Shown one piece after another: positions 50,854 to 60,742 of a stretch of 64,000 nt of DNA. Location: positions 68,135 to 132,134 of the forward strand of contig CACDOH010000001.1 in NCBI GenBank assembly GCA_902554325.1. The letters run 5' to 3'. Every line of letters starts with the position of its first letter. Positions within the stretch are counted from its first letter, which is position 1. The notes below the pieces were generated by a model. That model searched no databases, was not told where the DNA came from, and saw nothing but the letters and a program-made list of their open reading frames with translations. The position numbers were made by a program, and so were the translations under genes. Source of the DNA: an uncultured Pelagibacteraceae bacterium. GTDB lineage: Bacteria > Pseudomonadota > Alphaproteobacteria > Pelagibacterales > AG-422-B15.

Positions 50854-51815
50854 GAACGAAATAAAGTACTCCATTGATAATAAGATAAAGCAAGATACGG
50901 AGTCCAAAAGCACATTACTAACAATCTCAAGTCTTTTCTTAAATCCCATACAGCATATGCAAGAAAAGGTACGAAACCAGCCCATAGTCTATTTGCAAAA
51001 GGCATCATTAAATTCATAATAGAAAACCAAACCAATATAATAGTAATAAAGTAATGCTTTTTAAGGTATTCTCTTGGAGAAATCATTATTATTGTCAGAA
51101 TAATTAACATTATGATGGTATCAACCTCTCTACCAAATTGGTTGTTTAAAATAGCATTTTGATAAACATGCTGTGTTTTATCTGGAACAAATGAATAAAC
51201 AATTTCATTAAAGAAAGTTGGTAATGTGGCAATAATAATTCCTGTAAATACTATCGCTGCAAGAATAAATACTTTTGATCTTAATCTTTCAATAATAAAA
51301 TCTTTTACAGTAACAAAAAATAAACCGCATACTGCGGTAATATGCCAAAATGGTGCAAATGCAAGAAGCGAATAAGAGATGATTTTAATTGGAATCATTG
51401 TTGCTACAATAATAGTAGAAAATGCAATACTATTTCTGATAATGCTAATAAGCATATCTATCGCGAAAGGATGGAGTAAAAAAAGTAGTGCAAAAAAGAT
51501 ATTCATTCTAGAAATGCAGAAATATGACCAAATAAACATAATAAAACCAGAAATAAATCTAAGTACTAATTCTGAGTCATTTAAAATAGTTTTGAGTTCA
51601 AATAAAACGAAATGGAAAAGGTCTTGATTTGTATAGCTAAATAAATTTACGGTTTCATATTTTCTATCTATCCATTCAGCACTTTCAAGATGACTAAAAT
51701 GTGTTCCGTAGTCAGATGACATCAAATTTGAGTTTATAAGTTCCCAAGGAAACAAAAAAACAAATACTCCCATTAAAAAAGAGTAAATAATATTTTTAAT
51801 GTAAAAAAATTTCAT
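50850..51815 (-). CDS. EpsG/Wzy-like polysaccharide polymerase
   Basis: About 9 hydrophobic segments; DY, IRN.IA, FWH.TA and late R residues as in the EpsG family. Confidence 0.6.
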   Translation of the reverse strand: MKFFYIKNIIYSFLMGVFVFLFPWELINSNLMSSDYGTHFSHLESAEWIDRKYETVNLFSYTNQDLFHFVLFELKTILNDSELVLRFISGFIMFIWSYFCISRMNIFFALLFLLHPFAIDMLISIIRNSIAFSTIIVATMIPIKIISYSLLAFAPFWHITAVCGLFFVTVKDFIIERLRSKVFILAAIVFTGIIIATLPTFFNEIVYSFVPDKTQHVYQNAILNNQFGREVDTIIMLIILTIIMISPREYLKKHYFITIILVWFSIMNLMMPFANRLWAGFVPFLAYAVWDLRKDLRLLVMCFWTPYLALSYYQWSTLFRS

Positions 51816-52603
51816 AATAATTTTTGAGCTATTGCATATCCTCTTTGTTCAGAAATTTCTATATGCTTAATTGAATATTCTTTTTTTTTCTTAACTTCTT
51901 CAATAGCTTTTACTACGCCAGGAAATAAGTTCACCGTTACATCATCAAAAACGATAATATCCCCTTTTTTTTGTTTATTTCTAACATAATTAAATTCACT
52001 TATTACTTCTTTATAGTTATGAACTGCGTCTAAGAAAGCAAAATGAAATCGTTCTATTTCTAGGTTTTTAAATATCGTTTTAGACTTACCCTCATAAAAC
52101 CTTATATTTTTAACTTCATTTTCCCAATAACTTAGCAACTCTTTTCTAGTTTTTTTGGAGTCCAGATCATCAATACAATTCCAGTATATATTCTTATTAT
52201 GTGGGATAATATCACAAGTATGAATTAAACCTTTTTTACCAATATCATTTATTGCTTTTGACATACAAATTGAAGAAAATCCTCTTGCAGTCCCTGTTTC
52301 AATAATATTTACACTGTTGCATGAATTATCATGAATATATTTAGATAATGTCGCGTACAATATCCGACCATGTTGATAATTGAGTCTAGATTTTTTTATA
52401 CAAATCTGTGTATGTAATGCTAAATTTTCAAAATAATCTCGATCTATTTTGAATCCACTTGACTCTTCAAACTTATCTATAACGCTAAATTTTTCTAATT
52501 TGCAATCTTCATGTAAAGCAAGGTATTCTTCTCTTGTTGCAAGTGGTCTATATGTAATGTAAGAAAATCTCTTTTTTAGTTTATTATAGAACCTATTAAT
52601 CAT
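51812..52603 (-). CDS. Class I SAM-dependent methyltransferase (Methyltransf_24-like)
   Basis: IETGTARGFS, FLDAVH, VFDD. Confidence 0.8.
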   Translation of the reverse strand: MINRFYNKLKKRFSYITYRPLATREEYLALHEDCKLEKFSVIDKFEESSGFKIDRDYFENLALHTQICIKKSRLNYQHGRILYATLSKYIHDNSCNSVNIIETGTARGFSSICMSKAINDIGKKGLIHTCDIIPHNKNIYWNCIDDLDSKKTRKELLSYWENEVKNIRFYEGKSKTIFKNLEIERFHFAFLDAVHNYKEVISEFNYVRNKQKKGDIIVFDDVTVNLFPGVVKAIEEVKKKKEYSIKHIEISEQRGYAIAQKLL

Positions 52604-53696
52604 TAATGAACCCTTTCATAAATAATTGCCACAACTTCATTTGAGCAGCATAAGAATTATCTTCAGCAGTTTTTCTAGCGTTCTTAAGTATACTCTGAAT
52701 CGAATCCATTCTATTAATTACATCTAATGAACAATCAGTTAATCCAGCTACATCTCCAATATCGATAAGCCAGCCATTAGCATCGTTCTCTATAAGATCA
52801 ACGGCTTGACCAACCTTAGTAGATATAATAGGAACTCCAATTGCCATAGATTCAAGAACAGCTCTTGGTCCACCTTCCTCTCTTGAAGTTACTAAATATA
52901 AGTCCAACGCGTTATAAAGTTTAGAAATATCAATATAATTTTTTAGATATATGTGAGTAAATTCAACATTTATTTTTGATAATTCTTCTTTTACATATCC
53001 TCTTGACGGTCCACTTAAAAGTACATGAATTTTTTTATTTTTTTGACTTAAGTTTTTTATTGTCTTTATAAATATATCAGGACCTTTTATTAATTTTGGT
53101 ATATTTCCCTCACCCCAACCATCAGAGTCTTTTTGAAAAGATCCAATAACAACAGCATCCTCAGGAATTCTTAGTTCTTTTCTACTGTTAATTTTATCTA
53201 AACTATTTCTATAAGGAAAAAACTCTAAATCAATGCTAATAGGAATACGAAACACTTTAGATGCGTCAATTCTTGTATCTAAAATTCTATTTTTCATATG
53301 CAAATTAGAAACTTGTATTCGATTAATATATTCATGTTTATTTTTAAGTGTTTCAAACATTTCTTTAAATAAAACTGATTTGTGAGTTTCATAATTTTGA
53401 GGATCACCATGAAAGTATGATAACGCTATACGATGCTTCGGATTTTTCCAATTTAACAAAACTTCATACCTTGAAGTATAAAAAATACATTGATTTTTTG
53501 TTGTATATAAACTTCTAGATGGCAAAGTTTCTATATTTAATTTTTTACATAAATTATTCATTTCTTTTGCTATTGAAGATAATACCCAGTTATATCCATC
53601 TCCTCTTATTATCAACTTAGAATAAGGACTTAATTTCATTGATTTGATTCTATCAGAGATATAAAATTGGCTTAATATTCTCTCTTTGTTTAACAT
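52596..53696 (-). CDS. GT4 glycosyltransferase
   Basis: GSFQKD, PKLIKGPD, SREEGGP.AVLESMA.G.P. Confidence 0.82.
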   Translation of the reverse strand: MLNKERILSQFYISDRIKSMKLSPYSKLIIRGDGYNWVLSSIAKEMNNLCKKLNIETLPSRSLYTTKNQCIFYTSRYEVLLNWKNPKHRIALSYFHGDPQNYETHKSVLFKEMFETLKNKHEYINRIQVSNLHMKNRILDTRIDASKVFRIPISIDLEFFPYRNSLDKINSRKELRIPEDAVVIGSFQKDSDGWGEGNIPKLIKGPDIFIKTIKNLSQKNKKIHVLLSGPSRGYVKEELSKINVEFTHIYLKNYIDISKLYNALDLYLVTSREEGGPRAVLESMAIGVPIISTKVGQAVDLIENDANGWLIDIGDVAGLTDCSLDVINRMDSIQSILKNARKTAEDNSYAAQMKLWQLFMKGFIND

Positions 53697-53706
53697 TTAT
53701 TGTCGC

Positions 53707-54675
53707 TTATAAATTTAGATTACGAAATTTGTTCTCAATCATTTCATGCACAATTTTTTTAAGATTATAAGTTGATTTCCACTTAAGAATTTTCTTTGCT
53801 TTTTTGGTATTTCCTTTGTTACAAATTATATCTAGTGGTCGTTTTAATTTTTTATTTATTTTAACATGGTCCTTCCAATTCAAATCAAAATATTCAAATG
53901 CCAATTTAATAAAATCCTTTAATGGATATGATTTACCAGAAGCGATAACAAAGTCCGATGGATTTTTTTGCTGAATAATTAAATACATAGCCTCTACATA
54001 TTCAGGTGACCATCCCCAGTCCCTCTGGATATCAATTGAACCTAATTCAAGAAATTTTCTTTTCTTATTATATATGTCAATCACATTTGAGATAATCTTC
54101 TGAGTTACAAAACTTTTGCTTCTTATTGGAGACTCATGACTAAATAAGATTCCTGAAACTGCAAAAATATTATATGCTTCACGATAATTCTTAACTATGT
54201 AAAATGCAGAGGTCTTTGCAACTGCGTAAGGGCTTAAAGGATTAAATCCTGAAGTCTCGTCAACTAGTTTCTTTCCAGTATTTCCATAACATTCACTCGA
54301 ACATGCTGAAAAGAACTTTATATCAGCTTTTATATCATGAATGCTTTCTAAAATATTTATAGTACTATTTACGATGCTAATATAAGTTGCAGCTGGATAT
54401 TTAAAAGATTTTGCAACCGAACTTATCCCTGAAAGATGGTAAATCTCATCAGGTTTTATCTTTTTAATTAATCTTCTAGTAGCATTAATATCGTCTAAAT
54501 TACATTGGAAGATTTTACAGGAATTTTTAATATTTAATGTGTATAAATTTTTTAAATTTGACTTTTTTTTATTTCTAGTAATTCCAAATATAATATAATT
54601 TTTTTTTAACAAAAAATTAGCTAGATAGGATCCATCCTGACCCGAAATTCCTGTTATGAGTGCCTTCTTTATCAT
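53707..54675 (-). CDS. gmd: GDP-mannose 4,6-dehydratase family protein (short paralog)
   Basis: [33 protein letters not shown]. Confidence 0.82.
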   Translation of the reverse strand: MIKKALITGISGQDGSYLANFLLKKNYIIFGITRNKKKSNLKNLYTLNIKNSCKIFQCNLDDINATRRLIKKIKPDEIYHLSGISSVAKSFKYPAATYISIVNSTINILESIHDIKADIKFFSACSSECYGNTGKKLVDETSGFNPLSPYAVAKTSAFYIVKNYREAYNIFAVSGILFSHESPIRSKSFVTQKIISNVIDIYNKKRKFLELGSIDIQRDWGWSPEYVEAMYLIIQQKNPSDFVIASGKSYPLKDFIKLAFEYFDLNWKDHVKINKKLKRPLDIICNKGNTKKAKKILKWKSTYNLKKIVHEMIENKFRNLNL

Positions 54676-54680
54676 TTTAT

Positions 54681-55733
54681 TTATAAGTCTTTTCTAAATC
54701 TCATTATTTGATCTATAATAAATTTCCATCTAGTAAGATAAGTATTTTTTTCCCAAGTTTCTTGATCAATTGTCTTTTTCTTATTAGCTTTAATTATATT
54801 ACTTATTTCTTCAACAATTCCGCTAATATTCTCTGGGTCATTCTTGTAGAAACTACAGTTATCTTCATTTAACCCTAATTCCCTTATTTCTGGGCAGTCA
54901 AATGTAATCATGTTAGATCTAGCTCCAATACATCTATAAGTATCCCAATTTAATAGCCAGTTTGTATCTTCTAATTCTTTTCTGCTCATTCCCCAATTTA
55001 GATGAACTCCAGTTTCACCAAGCTCATGAAAAGGCAAATGTAATGAATATTTGCCAACTCTATAGTGTTTTGACTTTCCGAATTTATTTACAACTTTAAA
55101 ATTACTAAATATTTTTAACCCTTTTAGTAAATCAGCCTCAAAATGTTTATTAGTTCTACCATTATAATTTATTATTGAGTATCCCTTTTCTAATAAACCT
55201 AAAAGAATATCTCTTCTATGAGTCTTAGCTGTTAATCTTCTTGACCTATCCAAAGTACCATTAAAGACAATGTCATAACGAGTATTATTTGGTTCTTTAA
55301 TGCGAAAATTACCTTGAAATGCAAGTGGAGTATAAAAAACTTTATTTTTATTATTGTAAAATTGCCTTAATTCTCTATTGCTTTGTTCAAATATTATATC
55401 TGTATTTGCAAAAATATGATTTTCATTAACCCATTCCATTTGATTAAAAGACCATGTGTATTTATGAATATTTTTTTTATTTTGCAAAAAATTAATTGAG
55501 TCGCGAGTTAAACCTATAAAAATCACTCCATTATATTTATGATAATTTTTTAGAAACGAGTTAATATATGTTATATTAAATTTAATGTCTGTATTTTTGC
55601 AAACTTTACTTAAACAATATCTAGTGTGCAAATAGTCATGTTGGCTTCCATAAGCGTATGCATATTGACTATGCCAAGAAACCTTGGGTACAACAGCAAG
55701 CTTGTAAGTTTTATTGTTTGTAGTAAAAATCAT
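54681..55733 (-). CDS. Hypothetical protein, possible CgeB-like glycosyltransferase (start uncertain)
   Basis: YDIVFNG..R motif and C-terminal NTY..R, as in GT-B CgeB-like proteins; glycan-cluster context. Confidence 0.45.
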   Translation of the reverse strand: MIFTTNNKTYKLAVVPKVSWHSQYAYAYGSQHDYLHTRYCLSKVCKNTDIKFNITYINSFLKNYHKYNGVIFIGLTRDSINFLQNKKNIHKYTWSFNQMEWVNENHIFANTDIIFEQSNRELRQFYNNKNKVFYTPLAFQGNFRIKEPNNTRYDIVFNGTLDRSRRLTAKTHRRDILLGLLEKGYSIINYNGRTNKHFEADLLKGLKIFSNFKVVNKFGKSKHYRVGKYSLHLPFHELGETGVHLNWGMSRKELEDTNWLLNWDTYRCIGARSNMITFDCPEIRELGLNEDNCSFYKNDPENISGIVEEISNIIKANKKKTIDQETWEKNTYLTRWKFIIDQIMRFRKDL

Positions 55734-56823
55734 TAATTCTCTCACATATATTTTTAATATCAGTTTTTTTTAAATCTATTGAAGATGGCAACCACAATCC
55801 TTCTTTCGCTATCATTTCTGAAATTGGAAAATCCCCTCTACATTTATATATTTTCTGAGAATTAATTGATGGATACATTAATCTTGTATTTATGTTAAAA
55901 TTCTTAAGATACTTAACTAAATTTGTTCTATTTTTAGCAATAATCTCTACAAACCACGGTGCAGTATCCTTTAGAGGGTTATCTAATATTTGAATGTTTT
56001 TATTACACATTAGAAATTGTTTATATTTTCGAAAAATCATTTTCTTCTTAGAAATTCTAACTCTAATTTTTTTCATTTGCTCTATTCCAATTACAGCTTG
56101 AATATCGGTAAATTTAAAATTGAAGCCAAAAAAATCATGAACATCATTTCCTCCACTTCTTCTGCCAAAATCCTTTAGAAGCATAATCTTTTTTGCTAGT
56201 TTACTGCTATTAGTTACAATAGCTCCTCCCTGCCCAGTACTAATAATCTTAGCAGGCGAAAATGAAAAAGATCCAATATCTCCTTCAGTCCCCATATGGC
56301 TACCATTAGGATAAAATGAACCTAATGATTGCGCAGAATCTTCAATTAAAAAAATTTTTTTCTTCTTACATAAATTTCTTAATTTACTAATATCATATGA
56401 TGGATAGCGTCCATTTGCAGATACTAATACTATAGCTTTTGTTTTTTTTGTAATACTTGAAACAACCTTGTTATAATCTAAACATAAAGTTTTTTCTTCA
56501 ACGTCAACTAAAACAATTTTTGCACCCAATAACCTGAAGGCGTTAGGCGTTGCTATCATTGTAAAATTAGGAACAATAATTTCATCTCCATTTCCAATTC
56601 CACAAGCAAGACCTGCAACTAAAAGACTTACCGAGCCATTATTGACTAAAAAGCAGTATTTTGAACCTGTATAATTTCTAATCATACTTTCTAACTCTCT
56701 TGTTTTTTTGAACTCTGTAACCCAACCGCCTTCTTTCATATATTTGTTTAAAGCTACTCTCTCTTCCTTTCCAAAACTAGGTTCAAACTGTGAAATTGAT
56801 TTATATTTAATATTTTTTTTCAT
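55711..56823 (-). CDS. DegT/DnrJ/EryC1/StrS PLP aminotransferase (perosamine-synthase-like)
   Basis: GDEIIVP.FT.IAT, IEDSAQS.GS, FSF...K.ISTGQGG, LWLPS. Confidence 0.92.
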   Translation of the reverse strand: MKKNIKYKSISQFEPSFGKEERVALNKYMKEGGWVTEFKKTRELESMIRNYTGSKYCFLVNNGSVSLLVAGLACGIGNGDEIIVPNFTMIATPNAFRLLGAKIVLVDVEEKTLCLDYNKVVSSITKKTKAIVLVSANGRYPSYDISKLRNLCKKKKIFLIEDSAQSLGSFYPNGSHMGTEGDIGSFSFSPAKIISTGQGGAIVTNSSKLAKKIMLLKDFGRRSGGNDVHDFFGFNFKFTDIQAVIGIEQMKKIRVRISKKKMIFRKYKQFLMCNKNIQILDNPLKDTAPWFVEIIAKNRTNLVKYLKNFNINTRLMYPSINSQKIYKCRGDFPISEMIAKEGLWLPSSIDLKKTDIKNICERINDFYYKQ

Positions 56824-56830
56824 ATTTTTA

Positions 56831-57376
56831 TTACTTTATTGCTGAAATATTTAAACTAATCAATATACCATCTTGATCTAGATGAGGTACGTATGCTTTA
56901 CTATAATCATCAAACTCTTCTCCAAATTCTTCTAATGGATTAAATTTCTCAATATTTTTAAAGTTTATACTTTCTAATAAATTCTTAAGTAATTTAAAAT
57001 CATAAGCTGTTTTATGATAAATAAAGTCGCCATTATCTAGAGACCATTTACCATATAAAGGTCCTAATATGCCTCTATGATTAAGATCATTATATTTTAA
57101 GTACACTTTTACTATTGACTCAAAGTTTGGGACAGCAAGTAACAGAGTGCCGCCAATTTTTAATACTCTTCTCCACTCAGTCAAAACTAAGACCGCTTCC
57201 TCCTGATTAAAATATTCTAACGTATGAGAAGAATATATTTTATCTACGGAGCCGTTTTCAAACATAGATAAATTTTTAACATCACATTTATAATCTATGT
57301 GTGGTCCATCATTAACATCAATATGTAGATAATCTTTTAAATACTTTTCACCACAACCTAAGTGAATTTTTATCAT
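56831..57376 (-). CDS. SAM-dependent methyltransferase (type 11-like)
   Basis: IHLGCG, SHTLE, WRRVLK.GG.L..AVP. Confidence 0.8.
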   Translation of the reverse strand: MIKIHLGCGEKYLKDYLHIDVNDGPHIDYKCDVKNLSMFENGSVDKIYSSHTLEYFNQEEAVLVLTEWRRVLKIGGTLLLAVPNFESIVKVYLKYNDLNHRGILGPLYGKWSLDNGDFIYHKTAYDFKLLKNLLESINFKNIEKFNPLEEFGEEFDDYSKAYVPHLDQDGILISLNISAIK

Positions 57377-57377
57377 A

Positions 57378-57776
57378 TTAAAATTTCTTCTTATCTTTAT
57401 CTACATCGGTAAATGGGCCATTTTTTGACTCAATTATTTTAGTATTATTTTCTAAAATTTCATATCCATGCCCACCATAGGCAAATACAGCTAGGTCACC
57501 CTCATATAATACAAACTCATCAAAAAAATTTTGTTCTTCATCAAATAATGTAACCTTCATGGATCCTGATTTCACATAAGTCATTTCCATTGTACGGTTT
57601 GCAATTCTTTGAAATTCGTTATGTAAATGAGAATCAAGAATTTTTCCTTTTTGATACCACCAGGATCCAACTTGTATACTAAGTTCATTGGGTGTAATAA
57701 AATTTAAACCTTCCTTCCAATCATTATTCCTATAAATAATACTAAATATTTTGTTGTCTTTTTTTATTATCTGCAC
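57378..57776 (-). CDS. Cupin-fold hypothetical protein (GTG start)
   Basis: H.HN, E, GGHG, E.K.GP cupin-like metal-ligand spacing. Confidence 0.6.
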   Translation of the reverse strand: MQIIKKDNKIFSIIYRNNDWKEGLNFITPNELSIQVGSWWYQKGKILDSHLHNEFQRIANRTMEMTYVKSGSMKVTLFDEEQNFFDEFVLYEGDLAVFAYGGHGYEILENNTKIIESKNGPFTDVDKDKKKF

Positions 57777-58313
57777 TCACTTATCCCTGTCATTTAGTAT
57801 TGGATCATCAATTAACCAATCAATTTCTAATCTACTGTCATTCCATTTTACTACAAATTGATCTTCTACATCAAAATATTCTCCTATGTATGCTAATTTA
57901 TAATGATAAACTACATCATCACTTAAAGCGCAGTATCCATTCGCAAAATTAGGTGGAACAAGAATTACTGTTTGATTTTTATCATTAATTATAAATGATT
58001 CCCATTGCAGGTAAGTTTCTGACTCAGGCCTAAAGTCAACTACTACTTGTTGTATTTCTCCATAAACACAGGTAACCAGTTTCCATGTTTTAACATCCCC
58101 GTGTAAGCCCCTTAGAACATTTTTCTTTGAGCAGGAAAATTTATCGTGTATAAATTCTAAATCCTCAGGAAGATAATTTTTAAATTTTTCTTTTAAATAA
58201 GTAGTATAAATTGAACCTCGAAAATCATTGTAAACTGATAACTTAAATGCATGTAAGTCAGCAATTTTGTTTGGTTTTATAAGCTCTAGATCGCTAGATT
58301 GATCAAAAGACAT
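57777..58313 (-). CDS. RmlC-family NDP-4-keto-6-deoxy sugar 3,5-epimerase
   Basis: D.RG, S.K.VLRGLHGD..TWKL, VVD.R..S.TY.QW, PP..ANG, W.D, DRD. Confidence 0.88.
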   Translation of the reverse strand: MSFDQSSDLELIKPNKIADLHAFKLSVYNDFRGSIYTTYLKEKFKNYLPEDLEFIHDKFSCSKKNVLRGLHGDVKTWKLVTCVYGEIQQVVVDFRPESETYLQWESFIINDKNQTVILVPPNFANGYCALSDDVVYHYKLAYIGEYFDVEDQFVVKWNDSRLEIDWLIDDPILNDRDK

Positions 58314-58319
58314 ATTTTT

Positions 58320-59345
58320 TTATAAATTTTGTTTTATTTTTTCAAGATCTGATTTAACCATAATTGAAACTAAATCTTTAAATTTTGTTTTTGCTTCCCA
58401 ACCTAAGACTTTTTTGGATTTTGAAGGATCTCCTAATAAATAATCTACCTCAAGTGGTCTATAATAGTAAGGGTCAATCTTAATAATTTCTTTGTTTGTT
58501 TTTTTATCAACACCACACTCATCAATACCACTATTCTTCCAAATTACTTCAATCTCTACCTCCTTGAATGCGGCCTCAATAAACTCTCTAACTGAATGCA
58601 TTTCTCCCGTGGCAAGAATGTAGTCATCTGGTTTATCTTGTTGCAACATCTTCCACATTCCTTCAACATATTCAGGTGCGTATCCCCAATCTCTCTTTGC
58701 TTCCAAATTTCCTATATAAAGGACTTCTTCAATGCCTAATTTAATTTTAACTGCTGCAGTTGAAATTTTTTTAGTAACAAAAGACTCACCTCTTCGTGGA
58801 GATTCATGATTAAACAGTATGCCGTTTGTAGCATGTATATTGTAAGCATCTCGATAAGTAACAATAGACCAGTATGAAAATAATTTTGAAACAGCATATG
58901 GAGACCGAGGATTAAATGGTGTCTTTTCAGTTTGAGGAGATTCCAAAACTTTTCCGTAAAGTTCACTTGTGGAGGCTTGATAAAATTTAGAATTAATCCC
59001 AGTAGATTTGATTGCATCAAGAAACTTTAGTGTTCCAAGAGCATCAACATGGGTGGTATACTCTGGGATATCAAACGATACTCTAACATCACTTTGCGCA
59101 GCTAGATTGTAGATTTCGCTTGGCTCAACTTTTTCAAGAATTCTATTAAGGTTACTTGTATCTGTGATATCTCCATAATATGTCTTCAAATCATGATTGT
59201 TTATTATTTGAGATATTCTTGAGGTATTTAATGAACTGCTTCTTCTAATAATGCCATGTACTTCATAATTTTTTGAAAGAAGAAACTCGGCTAAATATGA
59301 ACCGTCTTGACCTGTAATACCAGTTATAAGCGCTTTTTTCTTCAT
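58320..59345 (-). CDS. gmd: GDP-mannose 4,6-dehydratase
   Basis: [55 protein letters not shown]. Confidence 0.95.
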   Translation of the reverse strand: MKKKALITGITGQDGSYLAEFLLSKNYEVHGIIRRSSSLNTSRISQIINNHDLKTYYGDITDTSNLNRILEKVEPSEIYNLAAQSDVRVSFDIPEYTTHVDALGTLKFLDAIKSTGINSKFYQASTSELYGKVLESPQTEKTPFNPRSPYAVSKLFSYWSIVTYRDAYNIHATNGILFNHESPRRGESFVTKKISTAAVKIKLGIEEVLYIGNLEAKRDWGYAPEYVEGMWKMLQQDKPDDYILATGEMHSVREFIEAAFKEVEIEVIWKNSGIDECGVDKKTNKEIIKIDPYYYRPLEVDYLLGDPSKSKKVLGWEAKTKFKDLVSIMVKSDLEKIKQNL

Positions 59346-59375
59346 CTTAATATCTTATAGCACTATAACAAAAAT

Positions 59376-60023
59376 TTAATCAATCTTTTTTAGAATAATG
59401 AAGTAGCCAGTATTGATGTATAATTTACTTTTAGAAGAAAATCTATCGAGGAACCTAAATAAAAAACTAAAAATTAATAGAAGTCTAGATAAAAAAAAAC
59501 TCCCATTTAGATGAAAACTTGTTCTCAATAAATCGTATATTACTGAACTGGTTCCTCCCATTCTTATAAACTTTTCCAATTTTAAATTATAACTTTTAAA
59601 AGTTCTTTTTAAGAATGACTCTGTATATCTAATCTTATCAATATCTGCGTCTCCATGTATCGAATGAATTAATGGAACACTGATTATCATATAAGAATTA
59701 ATTTTTAATATTCTTGAAGCCTCTTTTAATACTTGATTTATATCTTCTACATATTCTAATAATTCCAACATCAATACTGTATCTACAGAACAATCCTTCA
59801 ATGGTAAATTATTAGCATCTGCTAAAATGTCAGGGTTAGATGAAGCATTATTATTTAAATATTGCCAAGTTAAAAATGTACAATCCTTATTAGAAAAAGA
59901 CCCACGCGGATTTTTTTTTATGCCACCAATGTCGATAACATTTCCCTTAATATAATTTTTACTTTGAAACAGTAATTTGTCTAAAATTCTCCTTCTTTCA
60001 CTGCCGTTATCAAAAAAAATCAT
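59376..60023 (-). CDS. SAM-dependent methyltransferase (type 11-like; start probably ATG 60023)
   Basis: VIDIGG, ADA..LP, ELLE, SVP...HG..D..R.T. Confidence 0.78.
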   Translation of the reverse strand: MIFFDNGSERRRILDKLLFQSKNYIKGNVIDIGGIKKNPRGSFSNKDCTFLTWQYLNNNASSNPDILADANNLPLKDCSVDTVLMLELLEYVEDINQVLKEASRILKINSYMIISVPLIHSIHGDADIDKIRYTESFLKRTFKSYNLKLEKFIRMGGTSSVIYDLLRTSFHLNGSFFLSRLLLIFSFLFRFLDRFSSKSKLYINTGYFIILKKID

Positions 60024-60726
60024 AAAATTCTTCTTTGTTATCATCTAATATTTTTTTTAGCCATTTAACGCCATACAGTTTTATTTCTCTATCATGAAAA
60101 CAAACTTGATTCTTAGAATCGATAATTTTTAAATTATATTCATGTTTGATAGCATTATCTGCATTAATATATTTTATTCCGTTTTGATATGCTGCTTTGA
60201 TAGTTTTAAGACAATATACATTTCCAGGAGGAATTAGTATATTAACATCCTCTTCAAGCCAATCATCAAGAATTTGTTTTCCTTTTCTTATGTTTTCAAA
60301 ATGGAGTTCAAATGGAAGATAATCCCAAAATTCTCTATGATATTTTCTGTTTGAAGTAAATAATCTTGGTTTATGCTTTCCTACTATGCAATGTGTTAAC
60401 CCATGGAGGGCTACTTTAAATGAACCTTCTTTTACTTTATTTTTAATAAACATTGCCTCTTTAGGAAATTTAATTGGAAAAGGGGTTAGATTGGAATCTT
60501 TGTCTACCCAACAAGCAGTTACACCTATCAATAATTTTGCATTATACTTATTGATCAATAAAGATATATTTTTCCAGTCTTCTAAGGATAACTCAGAATA
60601 TTTTCCCCAAGCTTTGAAGTGTCGTAAATATTTAAGAAATAAAAAGTTTCCAAAACCAAAGTACTTTTTAGAATAAATTTCAAATTCTTTACTACTGGCA
60701 CCAATATCATCTATTCTTAATAACAT
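60010..60726 (-). CDS. Polysaccharide deacetylase-like protein (NodB fold, DUF2334-like)
   Basis: LRIDD, LHGLTH and PPGN motifs. Confidence 0.72.
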   Translation of the reverse strand: MLLRIDDIGASSKEFEIYSKKYFGFGNFLFLKYLRHFKAWGKYSELSLEDWKNISLLINKYNAKLLIGVTACWVDKDSNLTPFPIKFPKEAMFIKNKVKEGSFKVALHGLTHCIVGKHKPRLFTSNRKYHREFWDYLPFELHFENIRKGKQILDDWLEEDVNILIPPGNVYCLKTIKAAYQNGIKYINADNAIKHEYNLKIIDSKNQVCFHDREIKLYGVKWLKKILDDNKEEFYDFF

Positions 60727-60742
60727 ACTAAATCATACTTGT

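Noticed and set aside
50853..50985. Long apparent overlaps in the glycan locus (also 48671-48732, 60010-60044, 63460-63475)
   Set aside because: Best explained by ORF-caller starts extended upstream; downstream starts give ordinary short overlaps.
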